A stretch of 64,000 bases of DNA from a virus. Taxonomy: Duplodnaviria; Heunggongvirae; Uroviricota; Caudoviricetes. Below the pieces are notes generated by a model. The model had not been told where the DNA came from. It ran no database searches and worked only from the letters and a program-made list of their open reading frames with translations. A program made the translations under genes and the position numbers. Below are positions 1 through 9,510 of the stretch, one piece after another. Within the stretch, counting starts at the first letter, position 1. Every line of letters begins with the position of its first letter. The DNA lies in the IMG/VR virus record IMGVR_UViG_3300032291_002057, positions 14,305 through 78,304 of that record, one strand, 5' to 3'.

Positions 1-1
1 T

Positions 2-1132
2 ACATTACAACTTACAGAGTGGAATGAACGTGTGTTCAAACGTAGGGGTATTGACTATGTAGTAGTACCCGGTGATACATTATCTACTGACCAACAAATT
101 GTTACAGGTCAAGTATTAGATGCACATGGTCGTACATATTTTGGTATGAGTCAATTAATGACACTAATCAAATGGATGAAAGAGGGACTGCTTAACAATG
201 AAGATGTTATCTACTTTGAAGATATGTTTCAGCCAGGTATTGAATCTTTACCCTATATTCTTAAACAAATCGACAAAGCTAACAGGCCTCGGATTTATGT
301 TCGCTGTCTTGCTCAGTCCATTGATCCTGATGATTTTGTTCATGTATGGGGTATGTCTGAGTTTATGGGCCATTATGAAAAGATGGTAGATAGCTTTGTT
401 GATGGCGTACTTGCTAGTAATGAAGAAATGGTAATGCATATGAAAGTAGCAGGGTGGAAGAGTCCCATCTATAACATCAGTGGATTAGCGTTTGGTAAAC
501 AAGAAGTTATTGAACGAGTGGCTGGTAAAATTATTCCATGGAATGAACGAAAGCCCCGTGTTGTGTTCTCAGCACGTTGGGATCAAGAAAAGCAACCTGA
601 CTTTTATATGGATGTTATTGAAGCATGGCATGAACGTCATCCAGGTAGTCCAGTAGAGTTTTGTATTTGTAGTGGTGCTAAACTACGTAGCAATAATCAG
701 AGTTACATGAAACGCACATACGAACTGCAAGCAAAAGGACTATTAACTATTAATGAGGATTTGAACAAAAATTCATACTATGATATTGTTAACAATTCTA
801 GGGTTGTTTTTAATTGTGCGTTACAAGACTGGGTGTCTAACACTGTCAGTGAAGCAGATAGTTTGGGTTGTAATGTTCTCTATCCTGCTTACCGTAGTTT
901 CCCTGAAACTTTTAGTAATGACCATACCAGGCTCTACGTTCCCTGGTCTATAGAAGATGCATTAGATAAACTTGAAAAATTATTGAAGAAGCCAAGTGAC
1001 AACATGGGTAAGATTAGTGATTGGACAGATAAAACAATTGATCGTATCTGTGATATTATCGAAGGAAAAGGCGAACAGTGGTTGCGTATGAGTACCGACT
1101 ATCGTAAACATACACGTGAAGGTAAATATTAA
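2..1132 (+). CDS. glycosyltransferase (GT-B, family 1/4-like), 5'-truncated at window edge
   Basis: Reading frame is open to nt 2. The C-terminal segment [32 protein letters not shown] resembles the R-x-x-EK-G-x-D nucleotide-sugar binding motif of GT4 enzymes. Confidence 0.4.
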   Translation, partial: TLQLTEWNERVFKRRGIDYVVVPGDTLSTDQQIVTGQVLDAHGRTYFGMSQLMTLIKWMKEGLLNNEDVIYFEDMFQPGIESLPYILKQIDKANRPRIYVRCLAQSIDPDDFVHVWGMSEFMGHYEKMVDSFVDGVLASNEEMVMHMKVAGWKSPIYNISGLAFGKQEVIERVAGKIIPWNERKPRVVFSARWDQEKQPDFYMDVIEAWHERHPGSPVEFCICSGAKLRSNNQSYMKRTYELQAKGLLTINEDLNKNSYYDIVNNSRVVFNCALQDWVSNTVSEADSLGCNVLYPAYRSFPETFSNDHTRLYVPWSIEDALDKLEKLLKKPSDNMGKISDWTDKTIDRICDIIEGKGEQWLRMSTDYRKHTREGKY

Positions 1133-2163
1133 TGAGAATTGAAGATGATATTAAGTTAGACTTTAAAGATGTACTGATCCGCCCTAAGCGCAGTACATTA
1201 TCAAGTCGTAAAGAAGTAGAACTGTTTAGAGATTATAAATTTAAACACAGCGGTAATACCTATCGTGGTATCCCTATCATGGCAGCTAACATGGATGGTG
1301 TTGGTACTTTTGGTATGGCACAGTCATTACAAAAACACGGATTGTTCACTTGTATGGTCAAGAATTATACACTAGATGACTATCGTACTATTAACACTCA
1401 ATGGATTCGAGACTGGGGCGCAGTCAGTAGTGGTACTAGTAATGAAGATTTTGAACGCCTAAAAGAAATTGTCAATAACATTGAATGGATCAGATTCATT
1501 TGTATTGATGTTGCTAACGGTTACAGTGAACACTTTGGAGATTTTGTAGAAAAGGTTCGAAAAGAATTTCCAAATATCACTATTATTGCAGGTAACGTTG
1601 TTACCGCAGATATGACACAAGAACTTATTTTAAGAGGAGCTGATATTGTCAAAGTTGGAATCGGACCGGGCTCGGTATGCACGACTCGGCTACAAACTGG
1701 GGTTGGCTACCCGCAACTTTCTGCGATCATTGAGTGCGCTGATGCGGCTCATGGCCTCGGTGCCCATATCATTGCTGATGGTGGCTGTATTTGCCCAGGC
1801 GATGTGGCTAAAGCATTTGGGGCAGGCGCAGATTTTGTCATGCTCGGTGGAATGTTTGCTGGACATGATGAAGGTGGTGGAGAAGTTATAGAAGACAATT
1901 ACAAAAAAGTTGTACAATTTTATGGTATGAGTAGTGATACTGCTATGGAAAAACATAGTGGTGGTGTTGCTGAATATCGTAGTAGCGAAGGGCGCACAGT
2001 AACTATCCCGTATCGAGGTGCAGTTAAATATACTGTATTAGATTTATTGGGTGGGTTACGGTCAACATGCACTTATGTAGGTGCATCGGGATTAAAGCAT
2101 TTGGCTAAATGTACTACATTTATCCGAGTTAGTAGACAAATCAATGATGTATTTGTAAAATGA
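1132..2163 (+). CDS. guaC: GMP reductase
   Basis: Near full-length colinear match to enterobacterial GuaC ([23 protein letters not shown]..., [23 protein letters not shown]). ATGA overlap with the upstream gene. Confidence 0.9.
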   Translation: MRIEDDIKLDFKDVLIRPKRSTLSSRKEVELFRDYKFKHSGNTYRGIPIMAANMDGVGTFGMAQSLQKHGLFTCMVKNYTLDDYRTINTQWIRDWGAVSSGTSNEDFERLKEIVNNIEWIRFICIDVANGYSEHFGDFVEKVRKEFPNITIIAGNVVTADMTQELILRGADIVKVGIGPGSVCTTRLQTGVGYPQLSAIIECADAAHGLGAHIIADGGCICPGDVAKAFGAGADFVMLGGMFAGHDEGGGEVIEDNYKKVVQFYGMSSDTAMEKHSGGVAEYRSSEGRTVTIPYRGAVKYTVLDLLGGLRSTCTYVGASGLKHLAKCTTFIRVSRQINDVFVK

Positions 2164-2190
2164 TAGAAGCGATATTTTAAGGAGAAAAAA

Positions 2191-2379
2191 ATGACCGCAC
2201 ATAATGATATTGAAACAAGTTTGGCAGCATACAATGCTGAGAATGATAAGTTTAACAAAGGTAATGCAGCCGCTGGCACCCGTGCCCGTAAAGCATTAGC
2301 AGAGTTAGCTAAAGCCGTCAAAGCACGCCGTAATGAAATTACAGCAGAAAAAACTGCACGTAAAGAAGCTAAGGCATAA
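2191..2379 (+). CDS. small basic Ala/Lys-rich protein (possible DNA-binding)
   Basis: Strong SD (AAGGAG) 8 nt upstream; 62 aa, K/A/R-rich. Confidence 0.45.
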   Translation: MTAHNDIETSLAAYNAENDKFNKGNAAAGTRARKALAELAKAVKARRNEITAEKTARKEAKA

Positions 2380-2560
2380 TTATGACATGCAGAGGATACG
2401 ATAGCAGGGCAATTAAATTGCCAAAAGAAGTAAAACGCAGAGCGGCAACTATTTTAGATAATCATCAGCGAGGTGAATTTATGCGTAGTTGGGTAGTAAT
2501 ATATCAAGAAGCCTCACGTTCAAAAGGCTCTAACAAAAAACAGTCTAAGGAAGATTAATC

Positions 2561-2743
2561 ATGTCACGAAAAAAAATTGAATTATATGCAGAAGCACCTT
2601 ATAAGCAAGGATATGATTCTGCAAAAGCAAATGAAAAATTTATTAATCCATATACCAATGTCAAAGATGCAGAGGCTGATGCTGATGACTATCAGCGTGG
2701 ATATGACAATGCTATGGAAGAAATGAGTGAGCATCATGGATAA
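2561..2743 (+). CDS. hypothetical protein
   Basis: ORF with SD-like AAGGAAG upstream; acidic C-terminus. Confidence 0.3.
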   Translation: MSRKKIELYAEAPYKQGYDSAKANEKFINPYTNVKDAEADADDYQRGYDNAMEEMSEHHG

Positions 2744-3221
2744 AGTCTATTGTATTAAACCTCTAGAAAAGAAAAGTATTAGCTGGCGGGTAGAAATGTA
2801 CCGTGAGAATGATGACGGTTCTATTAGTTGGTTTAATATGGAAGAACTTTATAGATGGGGTCAGGGTTTTATTGAAGCAGATATGGATAGTAATCTGCCT
2901 TATAAAGATTCTACCCTAGTATATTGTAAAACAAATGTCGGCTGGGGATGTGAATTTGAAGATTCAATTAGTATTGATTGGGAATTCTCAGACGATATTT
3001 CAGAATTGGAACAACAAGAAATTAAAGAGTTGTACTATGAAGGTGGGGCAAGTTGGTTATTTGACGGTGAGCATGATTGGCAAACCGAAGATGATTACGT
3101 AATAGTCTTGGCACCCTTTAGTGTTGATTATGCTAATGACAACGGTGATATAATCAATGAGAATGTAGAATTAAAAGAACGTCCCCCGCTTGATAAAGAT
3201 GCCGCTTGGCCTTTTTCTTAA
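2727..3221 (+). CDS. hypothetical acidic protein
   Basis: 164-aa ORF overlapping the previous stop; D/E/W-rich. Confidence 0.4.
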   Translation: MSIMDKVYCIKPLEKKSISWRVEMYRENDDGSISWFNMEELYRWGQGFIEADMDSNLPYKDSTLVYCKTNVGWGCEFEDSISIDWEFSDDISELEQQEIKELYYEGGASWLFDGEHDWQTEDDYVIVLAPFSVDYANDNGDIINENVELKERPPLDKDAAWPFS

Positions 3222-3304
3222 TCAAACACACACTAAGATAAATAAAGATGTAACAAAACGGTTACAAAATATCAAAACAAAACCATCACAAAGGAAGGTT
3301 ATCT

Positions 3305-3979
3305 ATGAGTTATAATAAAACAAAAACAGATCCAGAGTTGGGTCAAAAAGTACACGAACATCTAGTTAAAGTGGGTGTTGAAACTCCTACAGTTAATAAC
3401 AGTATTGACCGCAAAGCTAAAATTGAAATCATTGAAAATGCTTTTACAAACATCATGCTAACACTGGGTCTCGACTTATCAGACGATAGTTTAATTGAAA
3501 CACCCAAACGTGTTGCTAAGATGTATGTTAATGAAATCTTTTGGGGACTAGACTACGATGCATTCCCTAAATGCACAACAGTTGACAACAAGATGAAATA
3601 CAATGAAATGGTATGTGAACGTAATGTTAACGTACAAAGTAATTGTGAACATCACTTTGTAATCATTGATGGGCTTGCTACTGTAGCATATGTTCCTAAA
3701 GACAGAGTACTTGGCTTAAGCAAAATCAATCGCATTGTAGAATACTTTAGCAAGCGACCACAAATCCAAGAACGGTTAACTGAACAAATCTTTCACACAC
3801 TACAATATATTCTGGACACAGAAGATGTTGCAGTTATGATTGACGCACAACATTATTGTGTTAAGAGTCGTGGTGTAGAAGATACTGGTAGTAGCACAGT
3901 TACTAGTCGTTTAGGTGGTGGTTTCAAGACTGACCCAGCGGCACGTGCAGAGTTCTATCAAATTGCTAGACAAAAATGA
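3305..3979 (+). CDS. folE: GTP cyclohydrolase I
   Basis: Strong colinear similarity to FolE: ETPKRVAKMYVNEIFWGLDY, CEHHFVIIDGLATVAYVPKD, LSKINRIVEYFSKRPQIQERLT, HYCVKSRG. SD AAGGAAGG upstream. Confidence 0.9.
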   Translation: MSYNKTKTDPELGQKVHEHLVKVGVETPTVNNSIDRKAKIEIIENAFTNIMLTLGLDLSDDSLIETPKRVAKMYVNEIFWGLDYDAFPKCTTVDNKMKYNEMVCERNVNVQSNCEHHFVIIDGLATVAYVPKDRVLGLSKINRIVEYFSKRPQIQERLTEQIFHTLQYILDTEDVAVMIDAQHYCVKSRGVEDTGSSTVTSRLGGGFKTDPAARAEFYQIARQK

Positions 3980-4102
3980 AATGGTATAAACACAGCAACG
4001 GTAAGATACATTTCTTTCCTGAAGTAATCCCAAAAGGATGGGAAGTTATGTTGAATCCAAATACATTTGATGTTATATGGCGTAGAATTAGGAGTTTAAA
4101 TA

Positions 4103-4339
4103 ATGGGATTTAGAAAACCAATGGACTTTAATCAAATACATCATCAAATTCATATGGCAGGCGTAGAACTACGCAGTCCATATAACGATGGTTTCACTCA
4201 ATGGGAAATAAAAAAAGATTTATATGCAATAAAATGGATGCTAGATCAGATTATGAAAGACAGCCCTACTTTTTCTGATGAAGAAGAATTCTTAAAAGAG
4301 AACGAACAGAGGGTAATGTGGCGCACTTTGAAAAAATGA
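4103..4339 (+). CDS. hypothetical protein
   Basis: 78-aa ORF, SD-like GGAG upstream. Confidence 0.3.
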   Translation: MGFRKPMDFNQIHHQIHMAGVELRSPYNDGFTQWEIKKDLYAIKWMLDQIMKDSPTFSDEEEFLKENEQRVMWRTLKK

Positions 4340-4581
4340 CTAAAGAGGAAGCTAAGGCTTTCATTCGAAGGGTAATGGGCCATGAGAGAAGAACTTTATT
4401 TGACCAAGAGCATGACTACATGCTTACTATTTTTAGATTAATAGATCCTATTGAATCAAGTAATAATCAACTTTCTTGGACTGATGTGTACGAACATGCA
4501 GGAAAAACATACCACGTTCATACTTTTAATGATGGTATTGAAATAGAGGAAATAATAACAAATGATATTCAACAAGATTAA
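4318..4581 (+). CDS. hypothetical protein
   Basis: 87-aa ORF overlapping the previous gene end. Confidence 0.3.
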   Translation: MAHFEKMTKEEAKAFIRRVMGHERRTLFDQEHDYMLTIFRLIDPIESSNNQLSWTDVYEHAGKTYHVHTFNDGIEIEEIITNDIQQD

Positions 4582-5032
4582 AGAATTAAAAGATCAAGGT
4601 AAAACCATTGGTATTACCTTCTCAACGTTTGATATGTTACATGCAGGACATATTGCTATGTTGAGTGAAGCAAAAAATCATTGCGATTATCTTATTGTAG
4701 GATTGCAAACTGATCCTACAATAGATAGACCAGACACTAAAAATAAACCTATTCAAAGTGTAGTAGAAAGACAGATTCAATTAAGTGCTTGTCGCTTTGT
4801 TGATGAAATTGTAGTATATCAAACAGAACAAGACCTAAGAGATTTGATTCTTATTTTACCATTAGATGTTCGCATACTAGGAGTAGAATATCAAAATCAA
4901 GATTTTTCTGGTCGTAAAGAAGGTAGTGACAGAAATATTAAGTGCATATTTAATAGTCGTGACCATTCATTTAGTAGTTCAAGTTTACGTAAACGAGTAG
5001 CAGAAGCTGAAAAAAATAAAGGAGCAAGATGA
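4562..5032 (+). CDS. nucleotidyltransferase of the cytidylyltransferase/HxGH family (sugar-phosphate or NMN adenylyl/cytidylyl-transferase-like)
   Basis: GITFSTFDMLHAGH (G-x-F-D-x-x-H-x-GH) and C-terminal SSSSLRKR (ISST-IR-like) motifs, as in the HldE domain II / TagD / NadD superfamily. Confidence 0.55.
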   Translation: MIFNKIKELKDQGKTIGITFSTFDMLHAGHIAMLSEAKNHCDYLIVGLQTDPTIDRPDTKNKPIQSVVERQIQLSACRFVDEIVVYQTEQDLRDLILILPLDVRILGVEYQNQDFSGRKEGSDRNIKCIFNSRDHSFSSSSLRKRVAEAEKNKGAR

Positions 5033-5826
5033 TGACAAAAAGAATTTTAATTATGGGATTACCTGGATCAGGTAAAACTACATTAGCAAAAGAATTACAA
5101 AAGCAATTGCAAACTGCTAATAAACAAGCAGGCTGGTTAAATGCTGATGAAATACGTGAACAGTATAATGACTGGGACTTTTCAGAAACAGGACGTATTC
5201 GTCAAGCAAAAAGAATGCGTGAACTAGCTGACAAATTAACTGCATATGATTTTATGATTGCTGATTTTGTAGCACCATTAGTAGAAATGCGTAATTTATA
5301 CAAAGCGGATTGGACTATTTGGGTAGACACTATCCGTGAAGGTCGCTATGCTGATACCAACAAAATGTTCGTAGAACCCGAAGTATATGATTTCCGTGTC
5401 AATGAACAAAACAGTGAGAAATGGGCTGAATTTATTGCAGATCATATCATTGAAAATCGCAGACGTCCTGTATTTGATTGGCAAAAAGAAACAGTACAGA
5501 TGTTAGGTCGTTGGCAACCATGGCATGATGGACATCGTGCATTGTTTGAACGTGCTATTGCTAAGACAGGTCAAGTATGTATTATGATTCGTGACTGTCA
5601 AGGTTGGCAAGGATCTAATCCCTTTGAAATTGAAAAAGTAAAAGCGTTTATTAAACGTGATTTAGATCCATTGTATCAAGGTCAATATGAAATACAAGTT
5701 GTTCCAAATATAGTAAATATAACATATGGACGTGACGTTGGATATAAGATTGAACAAGAAAGTTTTGACGAAACTATCCATAGTATTAGTGCTACTAAAA
5801 TTCGTAAAGATTTAGGCTTAAAATGA
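5029..5826 (+). CDS. bifunctional P-loop kinase / HxGH nucleotidyltransferase (NadR-like arrangement, reversed domain order)
   Basis: N-terminal Walker A GLPGSGKTTLAKEL; C-terminal GRWQPWHDGH plus ISATKIRKD, matching NMN/NaMN adenylyltransferase signature motifs. ATGA overlap with upstream gene. Confidence 0.55.
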   Translation: MMTKRILIMGLPGSGKTTLAKELQKQLQTANKQAGWLNADEIREQYNDWDFSETGRIRQAKRMRELADKLTAYDFMIADFVAPLVEMRNLYKADWTIWVDTIREGRYADTNKMFVEPEVYDFRVNEQNSEKWAEFIADHIIENRRRPVFDWQKETVQMLGRWQPWHDGHRALFERAIAKTGQVCIMIRDCQGWQGSNPFEIEKVKAFIKRDLDPLYQGQYEIQVVPNIVNITYGRDVGYKIEQESFDETIHSISATKIRKDLGLK

Positions 5827-6047
5827 ACAAATACCACATTAGATTTAATACCAAACATAATGGTTCTGAACTAGTGTGGCGTGTGTTTGAAAATGGCGTA
5901 GAATATTTGGCTAGTGATGTAAGACTGATTGGCGAAACATTTACTGAATGCACTCACGAATACGGAGAGACAAAATGGAACATTGCTTGCTATGGTAGAT
6001 TAATTTGGAACGACAAGTTAGCAATCATTGTTACCGAAAAAGATTAA
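5823..6047 (+). CDS. hypothetical protein
   Basis: 74-aa ORF with ATGA overlap. Confidence 0.3.
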   Translation: MNKYHIRFNTKHNGSELVWRVFENGVEYLASDVRLIGETFTECTHEYGETKWNIACYGRLIWNDKLAIIVTEKD

Positions 6048-6122
6048 TTATAACCGGCCTTTGGTCATCATCCCGGTATACAAACTCTGCTGCCTATGCT
6101 ATAATTAACATAGGAGAAAAAT

Positions 6123-6662
6123 ATGGCAACCTTAAATCAAATTGGATTTGAACATCATGTTTGGCGTTCAGCCAAACAATACAAATATACTTCAACTAAA
6201 GAGTATCACGATGCATTTCCGTGTGCATATCGTCAATGGCGTGCAGATAGCCATTGTAATTTAATTCATGGTTATAGTTTCAGTATGAAATTTTATTTTG
6301 GTACAGATAATTTAGATGTTCGTAACTGGGCGGCTGATTACGGTGGTTTAAAAGAATTAAAGAAAACTTTAGAAAGTCAATTTGATCACACATTATTAGT
6401 TGCAGAAGACGATCCTGAACTAGAAATATACAAATTGCTAGAACAAAGGAATATGGCTAAACTCACTATTCTTCCTAGACTAGGTTGTGAAGGCCTGGCA
6501 GACATGCTATACAAGTATGTTAATGGTGTTTATATTCCAGACTTATGGGGACCAGGTGAAGCAGAACGTTTGTGGTGTTATCGTGTAGAAGTCCGTGAAA
6601 CTCAAAGTAACATGGCTTGTCGTGAAGGACATCGTGAATGGAATGAGGACTTATTTGTATGA
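6123..6662 (+). CDS. queD: 6-pyruvoyl-tetrahydropterin synthase family protein (QueD-like, 6-carboxy-tetrahydropterin synthase)
   Basis: C-x3-HGY-SF motif (CNLIHGYSF) matching the QueD CxxxHGH zinc site. Strong SD AGGAGAAAAAT upstream. Sits between folE and the queE-like gene. Confidence 0.55.
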   Translation: MATLNQIGFEHHVWRSAKQYKYTSTKEYHDAFPCAYRQWRADSHCNLIHGYSFSMKFYFGTDNLDVRNWAADYGGLKELKKTLESQFDHTLLVAEDDPELEIYKLLEQRNMAKLTILPRLGCEGLADMLYKYVNGVYIPDLWGPGEAERLWCYRVEVRETQSNMACREGHREWNEDLFV

Positions 6663-6850
6663 ATAGCCTAGAGAAAATTTGGGCAAGAGCAACCGGTCAT
6701 CTGATGGGTAATACTGATGATGACCGGCCCGATGTTCCCATTCTTACTTTGCGAGAAGCAAGAGTTGCATTGTTCCTAAAAACTTTCTGGATTATACTAC
6801 ATGTGATAACATGTTGTTTTATTATCGCAAACACAATTAGGCATTGGTAA
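6659..6850 (+). CDS. hypothetical small hydrophobic protein
   Basis: 63-aa ORF, hydrophobic C-terminus. Confidence 0.25.
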   Translation: MNSLEKIWARATGHLMGNTDDDRPDVPILTLREARVALFLKTFWIILHVITCCFIIANTIRHW

Positions 6851-7705
6851 ATGACACAAATTAAAATATCAGAATTATTTTATAGTATTCAGGGTGAAGG
6901 TCGCTATATGGGCGTTCCTTCTGTGTTTCTACGTACATTTGGGTGTAACTTTAAATGTGCAGGCTTTGGCATGCCACGTGGCGAGTTAAGCAAAGAAGTA
7001 GAAGATATTGCTAGTAGAATTCACTATTATGATGATTATAAAAAGCTACCACTTGTAAGTACAGGATGTGATAGTTACGCTAGTTGGGATCCGCGCTTTA
7101 GAAATTTATCTCCGCGACTTTCTACTGATGCAATTGCTGAAGGCATAGTAGATACTCTTCCGTATGGTGAATGGCGTGACGAGCATCTAGTTATTACAGG
7201 TGGTGAGCCTTTGCTAGGTTGGCAACGTGCTTATCCAGACTTACTAGATCATGCTAGTATGAGAAAACTTAAAGAAATTACATTTGAAACTAATGGTACT
7301 CAAAAACTTAGTTTAGAGTTTAGAAAATATTTGATAGATTGGAAAAACAACCAGGTATTGTTTCCTAGAGAAATTACATTTAGTGTCAGTGCTAAACTGC
7401 CATGTAGTGGTGAGAAATGGGAAAAAGCAATTCTACCCGATGTAGTCCGTGAATACGGAGAAGTTGGTACAACATATTTAAAATTTGTTATTGCCAACGA
7501 ACAAGACTTACAAGATGCTGAAAGAGCAGTGAATGCATATCGTAAAGCAGGTTTTAATGGTCATGTATATATTATGCCTTGCGGTGGTGTTGAGCGGGTG
7601 TATTCCCTTAACAATCGTGCAGTGGCAGAAATGGCAATGCGAAAAGGATGGCGATACAGTGATAGACTTCAAGTGCCACTTTTTAAAAATGAATGGGGAA
7701 CTTGA
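6851..7705 (+). CDS. queE: 7-carboxy-7-deazaguanine synthase-like radical SAM protein
   Basis: N-terminus ISELFYSIQGEGRYMGVPSVFLRTFGC matches the QueE signature (IQGEG...G.P..F.R..GC). The Cys spacing after it is atypical. Confidence 0.7.
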   Translation: MTQIKISELFYSIQGEGRYMGVPSVFLRTFGCNFKCAGFGMPRGELSKEVEDIASRIHYYDDYKKLPLVSTGCDSYASWDPRFRNLSPRLSTDAIAEGIVDTLPYGEWRDEHLVITGGEPLLGWQRAYPDLLDHASMRKLKEITFETNGTQKLSLEFRKYLIDWKNNQVLFPREITFSVSAKLPCSGEKWEKAILPDVVREYGEVGTTYLKFVIANEQDLQDAERAVNAYRKAGFNGHVYIMPCGGVERVYSLNNRAVAEMAMRKGWRYSDRLQVPLFKNEWGT

Positions 7706-7948
7706 TTGATGGGCACAGGATATGGTACAAGTATAGCATCAGAATCAGGTGATGCATTTTATAGATGGTCTTTAGGGGCTGAACTTAAATTTGCTTGGCT
7801 ACCCCAAACTTGTTATATATCCAAGAAACGTATTTGGTTAAAGTATGGGTACCGCATGACTAGATTGATTACTGGCCCCGGTGATACAATATTTGAACAC
7901 AGATGGCATGACAAACTAGAACACATTATTTGGAAGTTAAAACAATGA
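7706..7948 (+). CDS. hypothetical protein
   Basis: 80-aa ORF. Confidence 0.3.
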   Translation: MMGTGYGTSIASESGDAFYRWSLGAELKFAWLPQTCYISKKRIWLKYGYRMTRLITGPGDTIFEHRWHDKLEHIIWKLKQ

Positions 7949-8169
7949 ATAAGAAAATTAAAGAAATAGCATTGCAAACAGGTGGTAGTCACTACCCTAA
8001 TGTAAACAGCAAATTATTAGAAATGTTTGCTAACATGATTATTGATGAATGCATTAATGCGGTAAAAGAAACAGAATTTAAAGAAATTATATACACTACG
8101 TTTGATAGAGATATGGCACATGGTATAAAAATTAAATGTGTAGATAATATCAAACAGAGATTTAATTAA
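7930..8169 (+). CDS. small protein, divergent member of the MNE...ELIVREC family
   Basis: MNKKIKEIALQ...FANMIIDECINAVKE parallels the MNERIKEL...FAELIVRECA paralogs elsewhere in the window. Confidence 0.4.
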   Translation: MEVKTMNKKIKEIALQTGGSHYPNVNSKLLEMFANMIIDECINAVKETEFKEIIYTTFDRDMAHGIKIKCVDNIKQRFN

Positions 8170-8172
8170 AAA

Positions 8173-9510
8173 ATGAGAACATATACTAAAAGAATTGGCT
8201 TTTTAGTTAGTTATCAAACATTGATACCACACGGTGGTATTGGACAGTTTGCAAAAAGTTTTTGCGAGTTGATGGATAGTCATAATATCAAGGTTGATAT
8301 CATCACTGACAAAATGCCACAGGATACTGATTTCATTAAGTCACTAAAGGCTAATATAATAAGTCCTGATGAAACTCTAGTATACACCCAACATAGTAAT
8401 ATCTTTATGTACGGTGATACCTTTTGCTATGAACGTATGGCTAACTTTCGCAATAGTGTCATCAAAGCGTTGAGCCATAATTTATACAATGCCTTTGTGT
8501 GTAATACATACGAAACAGTGCAGGTTGCTAGTACTATGGGTCTTGAGGATGTAATTCAAATCATTGCGTATACTCATTTAGAAAGTCAAATCTTTAAGGA
8601 TACTAAGAATCCTTTCTTGTACAACACAAATGTATTGATGCGTCAGCAATTAGAAACAGACAATATTTTTATTGGCACACAAAGCGTTTTTAATCTATTA
8701 AATGTTAACGGTACAGCATATCATCTTCCTATTCCAATTACCGAACAAGGATTATTAGAAGAACATCATAAACCACGTGAAGGTATATTGTTTGTTGGTC
8801 GTTGGGAAGAAGGTAAGAATCCAGAACTATTCTTAGACTTGATTGAACAAACACAGTTACCAGCTAAAGTAATGACTAGTGCAAACGGTGCTAAGAAGTT
8901 TGAAGAACGACTAAAGAAGATTGGTGCACCTTATGAAATTCGTGTAGGTATTATTGGTCAAGAGAAAGTTGACTTTATGACTAGTGCTAGAGTTGCTTTT
9001 AATCCTAGTATAGTAGAGAGTTATGGTATGGCTTTCTATGAACAAATTACACAACTACCCACATTTTGTTTACAAAATCAAAGATGGACTACAAATTTTG
9101 AGGGTAGATTATTCTTTGAAACCAACAAAAAAGATATGGCAAAAGATGTATTGGATGTATATAATATATTTGATACTGCTAAATCTTGGTATGACAAAAA
9201 TGCATTACAAGATACCCAACAAAAAGAAAAAGGTGTATTTCATAAATGGAATAAGTGCTTTAATGATTTTGACCCAAAACAATCAAATAGCAATACAGCC
9301 AAGATACTAGAGAACACAACAGTTAAACATAGTGAATACATCAAAGATTTGGGTCGTAATTTAATTTGTATTGATGATGTTCGTAGTGTATTGACTAACA
9401 AACATAAGTACCGTATAATTTACACAGACGATGACACATACTTAACAAAAGACCCCGCATTTGAACCAACAGAAGAAGTTGAGGGTCTATCGCTATTTGA
9501 AGGATTATAA
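8173..9510 (+). CDS. glycosyltransferase (GT-B, family 4-like)
   Basis: GILFVGRWEEGKNPELFLDLIEQ resembles the GT4 donor-binding region; 445 aa. Confidence 0.45.
   Translation: MRTYTKRIGFLVSYQTLIPHGGIGQFAKSFCELMDSHNIKVDIITDKMPQDTDFIKSLKANIISPDETLVYTQHSNIFMYGDTFCYERMANFRNSVIKALSHNLYNAFVCNTYETVQVASTMGLEDVIQIIAYTHLESQIFKDTKNPFLYNTNVLMRQQLETDNIFIGTQSVFNLLNVNGTAYHLPIPITEQGLLEEHHKPREGILFVGRWEEGKNPELFLDLIEQTQLPAKVMTSANGAKKFEERLKKIGAPYEIRVGIIGQEKVDFMTSARVAFNPSIVESYGMAFYEQITQLPTFCLQNQRWTTNFEGRLFFETNKKDMAKDVLDVYNIFDTAKSWYDKNALQDTQQKEKGVFHKWNKCFNDFDPKQSNSNTAKILENTTVKHSEYIKDLGRNLICIDDVRSVLTNKHKYRIIYTDDDTYLTKDPAFEPTEEVEGLSLFEGL

Noticed and set aside
2-1132. First ORF considered as DpdA/TGT-like transglycosylase or NadV phosphoribosyltransferase
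   Set aside because: No TGT zinc/Asp motifs and no NAMPT signature; the C-terminal segment fits the GT-B glycosyltransferase donor-binding motif instead. Low confidence either way.
4562-5826. HxGH genes considered as the missing QueC
   Set aside because: QueC is a PP-loop ATPase (SGGxDS), not an HxGH nucleotidyltransferase; that motif is absent.
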